A stretch of DNA of 64,000 bases from Eledone cirrhosa. Its lineage: Eukaryota. The notes beneath the pieces are model-generated. The model did not search any database and had not been told where the DNA came from. It saw only the letters and a program-made list of their open reading frames with translations. This document shows positions 12,701 to 26,012 of this stretch, in pieces; within the stretch, counting starts at the first letter, position 1, and every line of letters starts with the position of its first letter. The stretch is taken from NCBI GenBank assembly GCA_964016885.1, contig OZ024741.1, positions 366,172,001 through 366,236,000 of the forward strand, read 5' to 3'. Position numbers and translations under genes: made by a program.

Positions 12701-13491
12701 ATACCTTCCTGCTAGACACTGTACCGCTTAATTCGGAACTGTTTCATTCGTGAGCAGTCATCAGGGAGCTGGCTGTCCAAGGAAGTAGTAGTATTTATAT
12801 CTTTTCTTTTCTGGTGGTAGGAGAGGGTGGGGATTGGGATGGGTGGAGGCCATTGGTTGAAGGATTTAAAGAAAAGGGAGTTCATTAAAAGCTAATTCTT
12901 TAAAGCTATAGTTTTAACAAAGGCAGAAAGAATACTGTAAACAAAATCAAATTTGGAATACCAATCCTAGTTTATCACTTAGACTAGCATTGCCTGTAAG
13001 ACAGGTGTCTACAGGATGAGTGGGGTTCAATGGTTTAAAGAAAAGGGAAATTCTTTAGAAGCTAATTCTTTAAGGCTGTAATAAGGGTGACAAGGGCAGA
13101 GAGGGTTCCATCAACAGATTCAAGTTTTGGGGTGATTTCCCTTATTGTGAAATATCTCTTAATATTTATTCCAGGTGTCGACAAGCACATTCACACACTC
13201 GCCCACTTACACACGTACACACATATACACGCACGCACACACGGCAGGCACACACACAACAAACATACATACGGTACATACACACATACACATATACAAA
13301 AATATACACATATATATACACATACATACAAATATGTGTTCATACATACGCACACACACACATATATACATATATACATATACACACTCATATATATATA
13401 TACACACACACACGCTCTCATGCATGCACACGCATACACACATTCAAACGTACACATATACATACATATATACACACGTACGCACATATAT

Positions 13492-13550
<59 letters not shown>

Positions 13551-13730
13551 CATATATACACATATACATGCATGTATACATATATATATATTTATATACA
13601 TATATATATATACATACACATACATACACATATACACATATATGTATATATATATATATAAAGAAAAAAAGATGAAATCGAAAATGCAACTGGAGTCTTA
13701 TTTTTTTTTAAATATATATATTTATTTGGT

Positions 13731-13769
13731 ACCTTTACCGGTTTCGCAGTTCTTCTGCTTTTCAAAAGT
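13731..13769 (-). ncRNA. Minimal hammerhead, U3-A8 core variant (family D)
   Basis: CTT-TTGAAAA-GCAG-AAGAA-CTGC-GAAAC-CG-GTA-AAG. Confidence 0.65.
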
Positions 13770-13968
13770 AGAGTTGATATGGAGGGTCTGTGGTTTTTCT
13801 CACAGATGTATATAAATATATATATATATATATATATTGAGAGAGAGAGAACAATATATATACGCGCTGAGTTCAAATCCGTCTTAGATCAACTTTACCT
13901 TTTTATATTTCCGAGGTGAATATAGAAAATACAAATCTTTAACCTGATTTCTGCTCTATCTCCCTCTC

Positions 13969-14013
<45 letters not shown>

Positions 14014-15420
14014 TGAAATCGGATGTGTTCAGATGTTTGAGAGTATTGGTGTCTCCCATGTCTAAATGCCTAAAACACATTACATGTCACGAAAGTATCA
14101 AGTAGTTTCTTGTGTAATCAACATTTGTATTCTTTTAAGAGAAATAGTCTAACCAGAACTACATTATCCAATATGCCTTGCTATTTATAAAACAGTAGGG
14201 TGTAATTTGCTGGAGATTTAGTAGCTAATCCTAACAGGCTGAGTGAATAAATATAAACCCCACCCTCCGATAACACGATTTATTCTTTTATATCTATGAC
14301 ATTTATCACGTAGAGGTGTTTCTCGTTGGGTTATATATACATACAAAATTCAATGAAAAACTACATTGGTGTAACTGTCGACACATATATCAACGCATGT
14401 TAATGTTCAGTGCGCCTTGTGGTTCCAGCGGACAAGTGGTCAAAGACATAATCCCGGTAGTTGATTTTGCGTTGGTTGATAATGTCAACGAATACAATGA
14501 TAGTGATGATACTCATGACAATGATGATTAGCATGACGCTATATTAAAAATCCGATAAGGTCTGTGACTTAATGTTTAGGGTGTTTTTTGATCAGAACCG
14601 TAAGTTCAAAAATTCTCTTCTCGATTGCACCATGAACAATTCGCTTCATTTCACGTTGCTCAATTCCGTTCAGCTGAAGAAAATCTATTTATAACTATAG
14701 GTCAAAGAGCCAGTCATGTCACAGACTCTCAAGCTGTTTATGGAAAGTTGAGACACTTGCGCGTTGATCGAACGAAATGTTCACCGTCAAAACCGACGAA
14801 ACTCCATTCCAATTGCAATACAGTACAAGTCGAGTGGCGAACAAGAATAAGCTCCCATGATAACTCGTTCTATTCTTAAATATTTATAATAGTTGGTTGA
14901 TGGTTGATTATGATAATGAATGATATACTTGAAGCTATATTAAACATTCCGTCTCCATATTTCTAATGAAAAACACTACCTATGTCATTAACCCTTTCAT
15001 TAACAAATTTATTATGAAAGATATTGCCTATGATTTTAAATAATTTTGAAAATATTCATGAATTTGAAGGCTTTGAGAAAGATATCAAACTTTTTCATTA
15101 TTCAGTTGTTATTTGTTATATCATTTAAATATTATTTATGCAATTTGGATGGAAGCATTTTAGATAAATATAAACACATTAAATTAAATTTCCTTATCAC
15201 TAAACCAGTGGCGGTTTCAGGTGGTTTGGTATTAATAGAGATAAATCCAAAAGCTCAAAATCAACAAAGAGATAATAAACTTCGAGTAAACAGTTTTCAT
15301 AATTTGCCATGATTTATGCTTGGAACCATTAGCGTTAGGTTTGTTGTAAATTCTATTGAGAAATATATGAATTTAATACATCACAATTTGACATGCTAAA
15401 TCTGAAGAAGATATACTTAC

Positions 15421-15503
15421 GGCTTTGGACATAGCCAACAGCCAGAAGGCGCTGCATATTTGGCTGATATGCGTTTGTCACATTTGATGAGAATTTAAGC
15501 CGT
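15421..15503 (-). CDS. Candidate internal coding exon (83 nt) of an unidentified host gene
   Basis: Acceptor ttttctcattacag, donor GTAAGT, and only one open frame: RLKFSSNVTNAYQPNMQRLLAVGYVQS. Non-repetitive composition. Confidence 0.55.
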
Positions 15504-15650
15504 CTGTAATGAGAAAATGACCAACATTTGTTATTCTGGCTGTCTATAATTTGACTGTCTCTTCACCAAATTATGGAATGAAAATATGAAGGATATTAAT
15601 AAAGCTTTCCTTCTAGATTCTCCCTCTCTCACTCCCTAGCTCCTTCTCTT

Positions 15651-15685
<35 letters not shown>

Positions 15686-15759
15686 TTCTCTCTCTCGCTC
15701 CCTCTCTCTCTCTCTCTTCATTTACATGCGTGAGAGGAGAGATTATATATATATTGATT

Positions 15760-15790
<31 letters not shown>

Positions 15791-15817
15791 ATATAGGGCG
15801 GGTAACATTCCCGAGAT

Positions 15818-15900
<83 letters not shown>

Positions 15901-16011
15901 AAAATGAGGGTGTTTTTTTTTTTATGAAAAAAAACGAAATATTCTACACGAGTGAAATCGAAACTACAACTGGAGTCTTTTTAAAAATATTTGGAAACAA
16001 ATAAATATTTG

Positions 16012-17137
16012 TCCTGGCTACAGAGTCGACGAAGACGGGGGAATTAGGAATAGGCTATGGGCTGTTTGGTGTGGGTTGGATGGGAGGAGGTGAAGTCGAG
16101 ATAAGATTGGGAGTCTGTTGGTTTAATGTAGATGGAAGTAGAGACAATGTGGTGAAGGTGATTAATAGGTAGAGAGATATCTAGAAAAGCGACAGAATAA
16201 TCGGAGACGGAGGCGGTGAAATTGAGAGCAGAATGGAAAGATTGGACAAAGGAAAGAAAACAGTCGAACTGTTCTCGTGATAGAGAGGTGGCGCCGATAA
16301 GTCGTCGATATAACGACCGTATAGCTCAGGAGTCGGTCCAGCGTACTGGGAGAAGATCTGGGTTTCGACGTAGCCAATAAACAAGTTGGAATAGTTTGAA
16401 CCCATTCTGGTTCCTATCACTACCCCAGAGACCTGCTGGTAAAATTCACCCGAAAAAGAAAATCCATTGAAGGAGAGAACAAGCTCAGCCAGACGGAGAA
16501 AAGTGGTAGTACTGGGGTAAGGGGTAGGGCGTAAATCTAAAAAATGCTGGAAAGCGCGGATGCCGTCATCATGAGGGATGGCGGTATAGAGAAAAGTGAT
16601 GTCCAGGGTAAGGAGAAGGCGACCAGGAAGGAAGGAGAAAGAGTTGAAAGGTCTAAGGGCATGAATTGTATCGTGGATGTGGGAGGGGAGATTGCCGACC
16701 AGCGGAGCGAAGATTGTGTCTAAATATTCAGAAATTATTTCGGTGGGGCAGTTGCACGCTGAAACGATAGGACGGCCAGGATTATTTTGTGTGTGTATTT
16801 TGGGGTGGAAGTAGATGGTGGGTGTGCGAGGGGAGCGTACAATAAGGTTGGTGGCGGTGGGGGTAGGTGAGAGGAGGAGATGAGCTCGTGGTTGGTAGAG
16901 GACACGAGTTGTTAGTAGCCAGGAGTGGTGTCGGAGGATAAAGGGCGGTAAAAAAGGTTATTGTGAAGCTGGCGGAAAGCCTCAGCCCTATAGAGGTCCG
17001 CGATCCAAACCACTTCAGCGCCACCTTTGTCAGCGGGTGTGATGACAATGTCATCGCGACACCGAAGGTTGCGAAGAGCGGAGAGCTCAGTTCGCGTGAT
17101 ATTAGAGTGACGTGATTGCTGATGGAAACGGAACCGA
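16012..17137 (-). pseudogene. Second, frameshifted copy of the Penelope-like RT
   Basis: GTRMGSNYSNLFIGYVETQIFSQYAGPTPELYGRYIDD; high nucleotide similarity to 2365-2840. Confidence 0.9.
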
Positions 17138-17242
17138 TTTACAGTATGCTGGCAAGTATTGACAAATGAGTCGAGGGTGCTGAACTTGCCAGAGCTCGGC
17201 GTCCAATGTGATTGCCGGCGACTGAGACGAGTGAAGTCATCC

Positions 17243-17315
<73 letters not shown>

Positions 17316-17457
17316 CCAATAACGTTTCAAACTCAATGTAATTTTACAATATACTCGGTAATTGGTAATCTTCTTATTTCTGATATAATTCTAAAAATAG
17401 TTAAGCATCAAAGTTTTGTAAGTAAATTATGTGATGGCAGAGAGCACATAAATCATT

Positions 17458-18200
17458 TCTTCTTCTTCTTCTTCTTCTTCTTCTTCTTCTTCTTCTTCTT
17501 CTTCTTCTTCTTCTTCTTCTTCTTCTTCTTCTTCTTCTTCTTCTTCTTCTTCTTCTTCGCCCACTTATTTCTGAGAGTGTCGTGGGCGCAGTGTCCTCAA
17601 ACAGTCCTTCCAATGGGGCCTGCCAGAAGCAACCATCTCCAAGCGAGACCAGCCAAGCTCATGGATATTATCCAACCATCTTGCTCGGGGTCCTTCCCTA
17701 TGTCTCCTGCATGTTAGTTTTTCCCGTAACATCTGTTCAGTGATTCTTTCCTGAGACATTCTAACCACATGCCCATATTATTTGACAAGTGATCTCTCCA
17801 TTCGGATAAGTTGCGGCTCTACCTGGAGCAATTCTCTTATCTCCGAGATACGCACTCTATTGAGTTATCTTATTCCAAAGATCTTTTGGCGGAACCCCAT
17901 TTTGGCCGCTTGTATTCGCGATTGTATCATTTCGGTCAATAACCGAGATTCATGACCATTGGTAAGGGTTTGCACGAATGGCAAATTGAATATAGTGAGT
18001 TTAATCTTTAAACCTGCCTCTCTTCTTTTTGGTTTACTGAATGCTGAAACTGGTGCATTATTGCACCAGCTCGTGCAATTCTTGCACTGAATTCAACATC
18101 TTGCCTTCCATCACTCGTGTACGTGACCCTGAAGTACTTGAACTTCTCCCTCTGCTTCAATGGAACTCCTGTAACATTTTGAGTGCACTGCATCCCCAAA
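17458..18200 (-). mobile_element. RTE-clade LINE 3' fragment with a (GAA)n tail
   Basis: EKFKYF..TSDGRQD..ARIARAG; GHVVRM..GPRARWLDNI; stop codon closely followed by (GAA)n (17458-17557). Confidence 0.88.
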
Positions 18201-18484
18201 CTATAATTGTTGTTTATTCCTATTACTCATTCAGGCCTAACATAGATTACTTCATATTTAATTACATAGATACTTAGATACACTAAGGAATTACGGCTGA
18301 ATATAATGAGGATGTGATTTTTGGCTTATACCAATTAGACAAGTGTTCCCTGTATTCATAAGTGTAATGATATAAACATTTAATTGATTAACAAACGTTT
18401 ATATAGTTCTATTATCAACTCATCGAAACTCTTTTATGTGTATATATATATAACCATATATAACCATATATATATATACATATA

Positions 18485-18941
18485 TAGTGAATTATTGAAG
18501 AATAACATGGTCGGCTGTACAACAAGGGGCTTTATTTCAAGTATTAACAATTGTTTCATTGATCAGGTGAGTCTAAAGGCCGCTAATCACTCGAAGTTGC
18601 GTCACTCGACCTTAAATACAGTGTTTACCTCTGATCAAATCCTCAGAATACAATTTTTTTTACTTTTTACATCTGTAACTTCTTTACCTCTTTATCATTA
18701 TATTTTATTATTGATGTTATTGTTTTGATTCTACGCTGTATCTATATATACCATTGCCATATATGAGTTATCTAGTATTCTGAGGATTTGATCAGAGGTA
18801 AACACTGTATTTAAGGTCGAGTGACGCAACTTCATGTGATTAGCGGCATCTAGACTCACCTGATCAATGAAACAATTGTTAATACTTGAAATGAAGCCCC
18901 TTGTTGTACAGCCGACCATGTTATTCTTCAATATTTCACTA
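18485..18941. mobile_element. PLE-like inverted repeat (about 165 bp arms, about 120 bp spacer) with a hammerhead in each arm
   Basis: 18485-18651 is the reverse complement of 18775-18941. GTATT-CTGAGGA-TTGATCAG...CTGATCAA-T-GAAAC-AATT-GTT-AATAC. The right flank resembles 60515-60690. Confidence 0.8.
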
Positions 18942-19376
18942 TTATTACTCCAAGTATAACCTGCATAGGAATGAATTCTCGCGAACTCGCTACTCAACTA
19001 TGGAAACATCTTGTTGAGTCAAACAACGCCGTACGTTAAAACTATCCACAGTAGAGTACTCACAATCTCTAACTGCATTACCTACAACGATAACTTGTTA
19101 TCCCATATGTATATATATATATATATATTGTTATACTTTGGGAGGGTCATGCTGTTCGTTTTCAATTCAATTTATTATAAGTTTCCGGTTGGTTGGTTCG
19201 TTGGTTCGATAACCTGTCGAAGCTCTTTTGTTGCACATTCTGTGATCTCCTCAGTGACTAGATTTTTATTTTGTGTCTCTCCTTTATTCTGTCCTACACC
19301 ATCTTGTTTTTTGTGTGTTGTCTGCTTAATTGGCGCATATACATAAAAGGAAAAAAATATATTTTCCTTCCTAATA

Positions 19377-21274
19377 CACCGTGTAACATATTTTTTGTTC
19401 CCCGGTTCTAAGTGTCATTTCATGGTTTGTTATATCTATTATTTAATCAGAAGTTTGGGTTTGTGGTCAGGAGTTTGATATTTCGAAATTTTCATATTTT
19501 TCAAGAAAAAACACATTTTTTTAAAATTTATCAGTTCATATAATTAAATCAACAGAGTATATATTTATTTTATTACACAAGCTTATCAAAAGCAAACAAG
19601 TAAAAACAAATAACACTTATAAAGCAACTTATACACGTCAGAAATGACTGGATTTCCTGGATTTGCGGTTGTAGTCCCGATCGCATTCCTGCACTAGCCC
19701 CCCAGATATAGTCCCCTATCATTTTTTCATTGTAGTGGCCCTGGTACCTCCGCTCTATCTCTTTCACACCTTGGTGGAATCGTTCGCCTTGTTCTTCTGA
19801 GTAGGCGCCCATATTGTCCTTGAATTTTTCCAGGTGAGCGTCCAGCATATGGAGTTTAAGCGACATCCTGCATCCCATGGCGCCAAAAGCCTTTATCAGA
19901 TCCTGCACCAGTTGCTGGTAGTTTTTAGCTCTGTAGTTGACCAGGAAGCCCTTAACAACTGCCTTGAAACAGTTCCATGCTGTTCTCTCAATCCTATTGA
20001 GCTTGTTGGTAGACTCAAACACCTTCTTTATCTGAGGTCCAACAAAATTTCCACCTTTGATTTTGGCCTCAGATAACTTGGGGAAGAACTCAAGAAGGTA
20101 CTTAAAAGTGGCTGATTCTTGGTTGAGAGCCTTACCAAACTGCATCATCAACCCCAACTTAATGTGCAGTGGCGGCATGAACACAATCCAGGATCAACCA
20201 GTGGCTCCCACATGACGTTCCGGGTCCCAAATACAAATTATGTTCGCTGCTCCCAGTTCTTTCTTTTGTAGTGGTCAGAGGTGGCTCTGCTGTCCCAAAG
20301 GCAGAGGAAGCATTGGAATTTAATAAAGCCTCCTTGGAGTCCAAGCAGGAAAGCCACCATCTTGAAGTCTCCAATGATTTCCCAATTGTACTGGTTGTAT
20401 TGCAGAGCTTCCAAGAGGACTTTCACACTGTAGTAATCTTCCTTCAGGCAGACTGAATGAGCTAGGGGCAGTGTCGGGAACTTGTTTCCATTGTGGAGGA
20501 GGACAGCCTTCAAACTTGTGGTGGAGCTGTCTATAAATAGCCGCCACTCCTTGGGCACAAACGGCACCCCAATAACGTCAAACAGTCCAGGTACGTCATG
20601 GCAGAAGCAGAGGCCATCCCTAAGAGTGTAAAAGTCTCAGATAGGTTCGTGTCGACTTCTCTGACTTGTCACCAGCACTTCCTCCTTGACAAAGTTCCAC
20701 TGCTTCATCCTGGAGACGAATAGCTCTGCATTTGACTTCTTTTTGGTTTGGGAAGTGAGGAACTTTTTCTGGTACATCAGGCAGGTAATCCAAGTCCTCA
20801 GCATCCATCTCCTCCTCTTCATCAGAATACTTGTCTTGGAAAATAAATTTGATATTCAATACAAAATAAATATTGGAAAGGGAAATATTTAAATAATATA
20901 AAAGAACACTAATCATACTAACTTACCCTTTATTCAGGGTTCGAAAATCCAGTATCAATAAATCTCTTTAATCCACTTTTCAACAATTTTATACTTTATT
21001 GCACTTTTATAATTTTCTTTAGGTATTACTCTTTATTTTATAATTTTAATTTAACCTGAAACATATATAAAAAAAAATCATTTAACATAAGCAAATTAAA
21101 CTTACATACAACGTAAAATGCAGCATACAGATAATTCTAGTGAATAGCTTAGAACTTTTACAAACCCAAACTTTTAACTGTTTAATAGCACTTCTTTATT
21201 TATTTGGGACCTAAGCAACACAAAAAAGTGATTACAAGCCAGGAACAGAGAAAAAAAGAAATGTTTGTTACACG

Positions 21275-21277
<3 letters not shown>
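19377..21277 (-). mobile_element. Chapaev3-type (CMC) DNA transposon with both TIRs, 1901 bp
   Basis: Perfect 12-bp TIR CACCGTGTAACA/TGTTACACGGTG with imperfect extension; TA on both flanks; transposase inside. Confidence 0.85.
19700..20834 (-). pseudogene. Disrupted Chapaev3-like DDE transposase
   Basis: EWRLFIDSS..SLKAVLLHNGN; IIGDFKMVAFLLGLQGGF.KFQCFLCLWDSR; PPLHIKLGL; MSLKLHML; SEEQGERFHQ; several stops and frameshifts. Confidence 0.85.
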
Positions 21278-21313
<36 letters not shown>

Positions 21314-21319
21314 AAAATC

Positions 21320-21359
21320 CCGAGCTGAAGATCCGCTAAGGTGAAAAAATTGTTCTCGG
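21320..21359 (+). ncRNA. Minimal hammerhead, slightly degenerate
   Basis: CCGAG-CTGAAGA-TCC-GCTAA-GGT-GAAA(A)AATT-GTT-CTCGG. Confidence 0.55.
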
Positions 21360-21390
21360 TATGGTGAACTAACTGTTGTGTAACCACTTC

Positions 21391-21424
<34 letters not shown>

Positions 21425-21436
21425 ATATATATATAT

Positions 21437-22202
21437 TAGAAAGTGAGGTTTTTTTTAACAAAATGAAAAATAACCGAGGTGTCCTACACGAGTGAAAGTA
21501 TAAAGAAAAAGAGATGAAATCGAAAATGCAACTGGAGTCTTATTTTTTTTTTTAAATATATATATTTATTTGGTTCCTTTACCGGTTTCGCAGTTCTTCT
21601 GCTTTTCAAAAGGTGAGTTGAGATGGATGGTCTGTGGTTTTTCTCACATCTGGTTGGTCTCTGAATGTTACTTGTTTTATATGGAAAAAGTGGCTCGAAA
21701 TGCCAGGTTTTTCGAGAAGTAATTTGATTGGTTTGTCAATAATTATAATAAATTTCGCGCCAGTTCGCGTTACAATAGTTCTTCAAATAAGAAGGGGGGG
21801 GGGGGTTGTCGCAGGTTGTTTTTTTCATATATGAGTGTTTGAATTTCTTTTTACTTGAAAAAAAGAGGCTCACGAAGGCTTTTTTTGGGTTGGTTATAAA
21901 TGAAATTATGGCTGTCACGTGAACAAATTTTCATTAAATGTTTGTGCCCTTATTTGGAAATCCATTCTGTAGCCCTTTTAGAGAATTTTTTGATAAGTGA
22001 AAGATAATGGTCAAGAGAAAGGGATGGGAGAATTGTTCTGGTTCAGTGAATATGGTTAGTTCGCTGGGGTGTCTATTGAATAAAGAAAGTAAAGATATGT
22101 GTGTTTATTTGTGTGCTTGTGTGCGTGTGTGTGTCTGTGTGTGTTTGAATTTCTTTACTTTAAAAAAAGGTGGCTCACGAAGGCTTTTTTTAAATTTTGT
22201 TC
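21437..22202 (-). mobile_element. PLE-like non-autonomous element (family D) with a U3-A8 hammerhead at 21576-21613
   Basis: Paralogs at 13660-13805, 15898-15995, 30640-30990 and, inverted, 49025-49545; bounded by (TA)n on both sides. Confidence 0.75.
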
Positions 22203-22224
22203 TATATATATATATATATATATA

Positions 22225-22284
<60 letters not shown>

Positions 22285-22299
22285 ATAATAATAATAATA

Positions 22300-22430
22300 A
22301 ATTTGAAAACTAAAATCCAAAGAGGGCTCGATAAGGATAAATATATATCAAATATATAAGAACCGTAGAGTTTCAGAAGATCCCGTTGAGGGTGAAAGCA
22401 GCGATTATTTGCTTAAACTTTAATCTGTTA

Positions 22431-22440
<10 letters not shown>
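22300..22440 (+). mobile_element. Short family B copy (outer flank joined directly to the hammerhead arm)
   Basis: Matches 1-48 followed by 896-964; lies between (TA)n tracts. Confidence 0.8.
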
Positions 22441-22481
<41 letters not shown>

Positions 22482-22961
22482 TCAAAATGAGTTTAAAATA
22501 AAGATATCTACACTCACGCCAGTTTCCCCTTACTGCAGGTTCTAAACGCAACAACAATATTAATTATCTTAATTAATGAAGACAATCAATATCGCGAAAC
22601 ACCTTCATCATCAGAAGGTGTCACCACTGATAAGGAAAATTGCATGGGTTCGCCTTTAAAAAAAAAAAAAAAAGACGCATGCGTTATGGTAACAATGAAG
22701 TCGGTAACAGGTAGCCAGGCGATGGATTCGTAAAAACGCTAGAAATAGCGCACCACGAAGTCAGTAAGTTATAACTCAACCAAAAAAACGTACCATAGAA
22801 TACTCAGCAAAAGAAGCTGAATGTCAATATCTTTATTTTAAAATTATTTTGCTCGCGTCTCCTTTGTTTTAAATATAAACTGCTCTGAATTAGGTACATT
22901 TTAGAAACTATTCTTAGAGCAATCTATGGTTTATTTTAACGTTTTATTTATATTTCTGTTG

Positions 22962-23091
<130 letters not shown>

Positions 23092-23175
23092 GGTGTGTGT
23101 GTGTGTGTGTGTGTATATATGTGTGTGTGTGTGTGTGTCTGTCTCTGTGTCTGTGTGTTTGTGTGTGTGTATATG

Positions 23176-23242
<67 letters not shown>

Positions 23243-23282
23243 ATATATATATATATGTTTTCCTGTTTCTTCTGTTCAAGTT

Positions 23283-23345
23283 CTGCCTGATGAGGTCAAA
23301 GCTGTTGAATAAGGGCTATCACTGAAATATATATATATATAGCAG
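23283..23345 (+). ncRNA. Hammerhead whose stem III is a (TA)7 tract
   Basis: CTGC-CTGATGA-GGT...ACT-GAAA-(TA)7-GCAG. Confidence 0.6.
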
Positions 23346-23529
23346 CGAATATGGATAAGCGATGCTAATTTTACCCAGTTGACTTACACTTCTTGTTTAT
23401 ACATTTCTCCGGAGTAAACAAACCAACCTGCGCCCCCGCTGGCTGCTCCAGTCTGCATACTGTGGTGTCGGTAAACAACCAACACATACTCAAAATTATA
23501 TATATATATGTATATATAGATATATATGT

Positions 23530-23616
<87 letters not shown>

Positions 23617-23669
23617 TGTCTGTGTGTGTGTATATATATATATATGTGTGTGTGTGTATATATATATAT

Positions 23670-24851
23670 ACACCCACTTACACCACCCACTCTACACACC
23701 CTACCACCACTGACCCCCACTAACACACCCGCTCTCAACCCTTTCACCACCACCAGTATACTAACACCCACTAACACCTCATTCACCACACACACACTCA
23801 TCCAAACACGCACACACACACCAGTACACTACACTCCCTCCATCGACCCCCACACCTTTCTCTCCCTCTCCCCGCTCCACCCAAACTCATTCACACACAC
23901 ACACACATCCCAATAACACCTCTACTAATACCCCCCCCCGCACGACCCCTCCCCACTCCACCTTCTACACCTACGCATCCTCTCCCCTGTCCACTGCACC
24001 TCCGCACACACTGACACACTGACTTTCTCCACCTGCCATTCTCCTCTACTGCTGCGATGCCTTGACCCTCTGACCACTTCTCCGCATACACAGACACACA
24101 TCCCTCTCCACCTGTCATTCTCTTCTACGTACCTCCTGCCTTGACCCTCTGACCACTTCCTCTTGCGCGCGCACCCCACATCTCCCCTCTTCCGACCAAC
24201 ACAACGGCGGATTACACACCATTGGCCATCGTTCCCACTATCAACTCCATCACATGGAAAATATCCGACAACTGATCACATCCTCTACGGAACTACCTTA
24301 GGAACTTACCCACGGACATACACTCACAAACATTTTTTTAGAACCACGCCACCTACATCCACAATACGTATAAACACTACACACACGTGCGTACCCCCAC
24401 ATATATACACACTCAGCCTCCGGAATCCTCCCCCCTGCCCCACGCCTCTGATCCCTCCCCATCCACACGGGCACACACTTACACCTACACACATACACTA
24501 CCTTCAACCCTCCACGCTCGGACACCCCACCTCCCTCTCCCCACTCCACCCGCCACCATCCCTACACGCGCCACATCCTACCACCACTTGTTTATCTTCA
24601 TGTTTATTTTTATTTTTATTTTTTTATATTTATTTTTATTTCTACCCCTTCCACCGTTTTTCCTCCCTCCCCCCCCCCTTTTCTAAATGTCTCTCCTCCA
24701 CTCCCCTACACACCCTCGGAACTCTCTTCCCACCCACTGAAGAAGGGCTCATGCCCGAAACATCGTTCCCCACCCAACCACTCCACTCTCAAGAGCGTGA
24801 AACTAATAAACCTGTTCGTACTGCCTCTCTGTTTTGTTCCCGTTCGATTTT

Positions 24852-24856
<5 letters not shown>
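23670..24856 (+). mobile_element. C-rich PLE-like 3' region ending in a degenerate hammerhead (24737-24764) and AATAAA
   Basis: CTGAAGA-AGGGC-TCAT-GCCC-GAAAC; internal tandem duplication at about 24025-24160; flanked by microsatellites. Confidence 0.55.
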
Positions 24857-24892
<36 letters not shown>

Positions 24893-24965
24893 AGATTTGA
24901 ATGGATACAGTTTAGTTGAAAGGAATTTATTGACACGTGTTTCTACAACACAACGGAAAATACTG

Positions 24966-24999
<34 letters not shown>

Positions 25000-25001
25000 A
25001 A

Positions 25002-25228
25002 GGCGCATGGCTTAGTGGTTAGAGGTTGTGAGTTCAATTCTCGGACCGGGTGATGTGTTGTTTCCTTGAGCAAGACACTTTATTTCACGTTGCTCCAGTT
25101 TACTCAGCTGTAGAAATGAGTACCGGCCTGCCCGCCCAGCGGGATAGCGTTGTCTTATGGCTAAAACAGCTCGACGTGCTGTGGCCAGCGGCGCCGATTA
25201 GCGCCCGACAGACTGGTCGGTCAAGGTG
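25002..25228 (+). mobile_element. Second tRNA-derived SINE family
   Basis: ggcgcatggcttagtggttag A box, gagttcaattc B box, ccttgagcaagacactt core; relatives at about 7653, 37948-38400, and minus-strand copies at about 33350, 33650-33920, 37370 and 42330. Confidence 0.75.
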
Positions 25229-25384
<156 letters not shown>

Positions 25385-25401
25385 ATGTGTGTGTGTGTGT
25401 C

Positions 25402-25432
<31 letters not shown>

Positions 25433-25582
25433 GTATAAGCCGCAGCCTAAAGCTTCGTTAATGCTGTACTAAAATTTATATATATATATATATATGTATA
25501 CACATATATATTTACACATAGTATGGTAGATAAATAGATAGATAGATAAGGTGATGTAATCAAATCTACTATAATTGTCAGC

Positions 25583-25826
25583 ACATCTACGTGTGCAATA
25601 CGTATATATATGCCATCTACGTGTGCAATACGTATATATATGCCATCTACGTGTGCAATACGTATATATATGCCATCTACGTGTGCAATACGTATATATA
25701 TGCCATCTACGTGTGCAATACGTATATATATGCCATCTACGTGTGCAATACGTATATGTATGCCATCTACGTGTGCCATACGTATATATATGCCATCTAC
25801 GTGTGCAATACGTATATGTATGCCAC
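25583..25826. repeat. 30-bp minisatellite, about 8 copies
   Basis: Unit catctacgtgtgcaatacgtatatatatgc. Confidence 0.95.
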
Positions 25827-26012
25827 ATTCGTTCGTATGCATCATTTGCTTCATATAACAAATCAGAGATATCAAAAATTCAATATGTGTATATGGTACG
25901 TGTGTATGTACGTACATAAATGTGTGTATGTATGTACATACACACATTTATGTATGTATGTACCGAAGAATGCATACATACATATACACATACATACATG
26001 CATACATAGATA

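Noticed and set aside
24163-24900. 245-aa Pro/His/Thr-rich ORF
   Set aside because: Arises from C-rich low-complexity non-coding sequence; no domain motifs.
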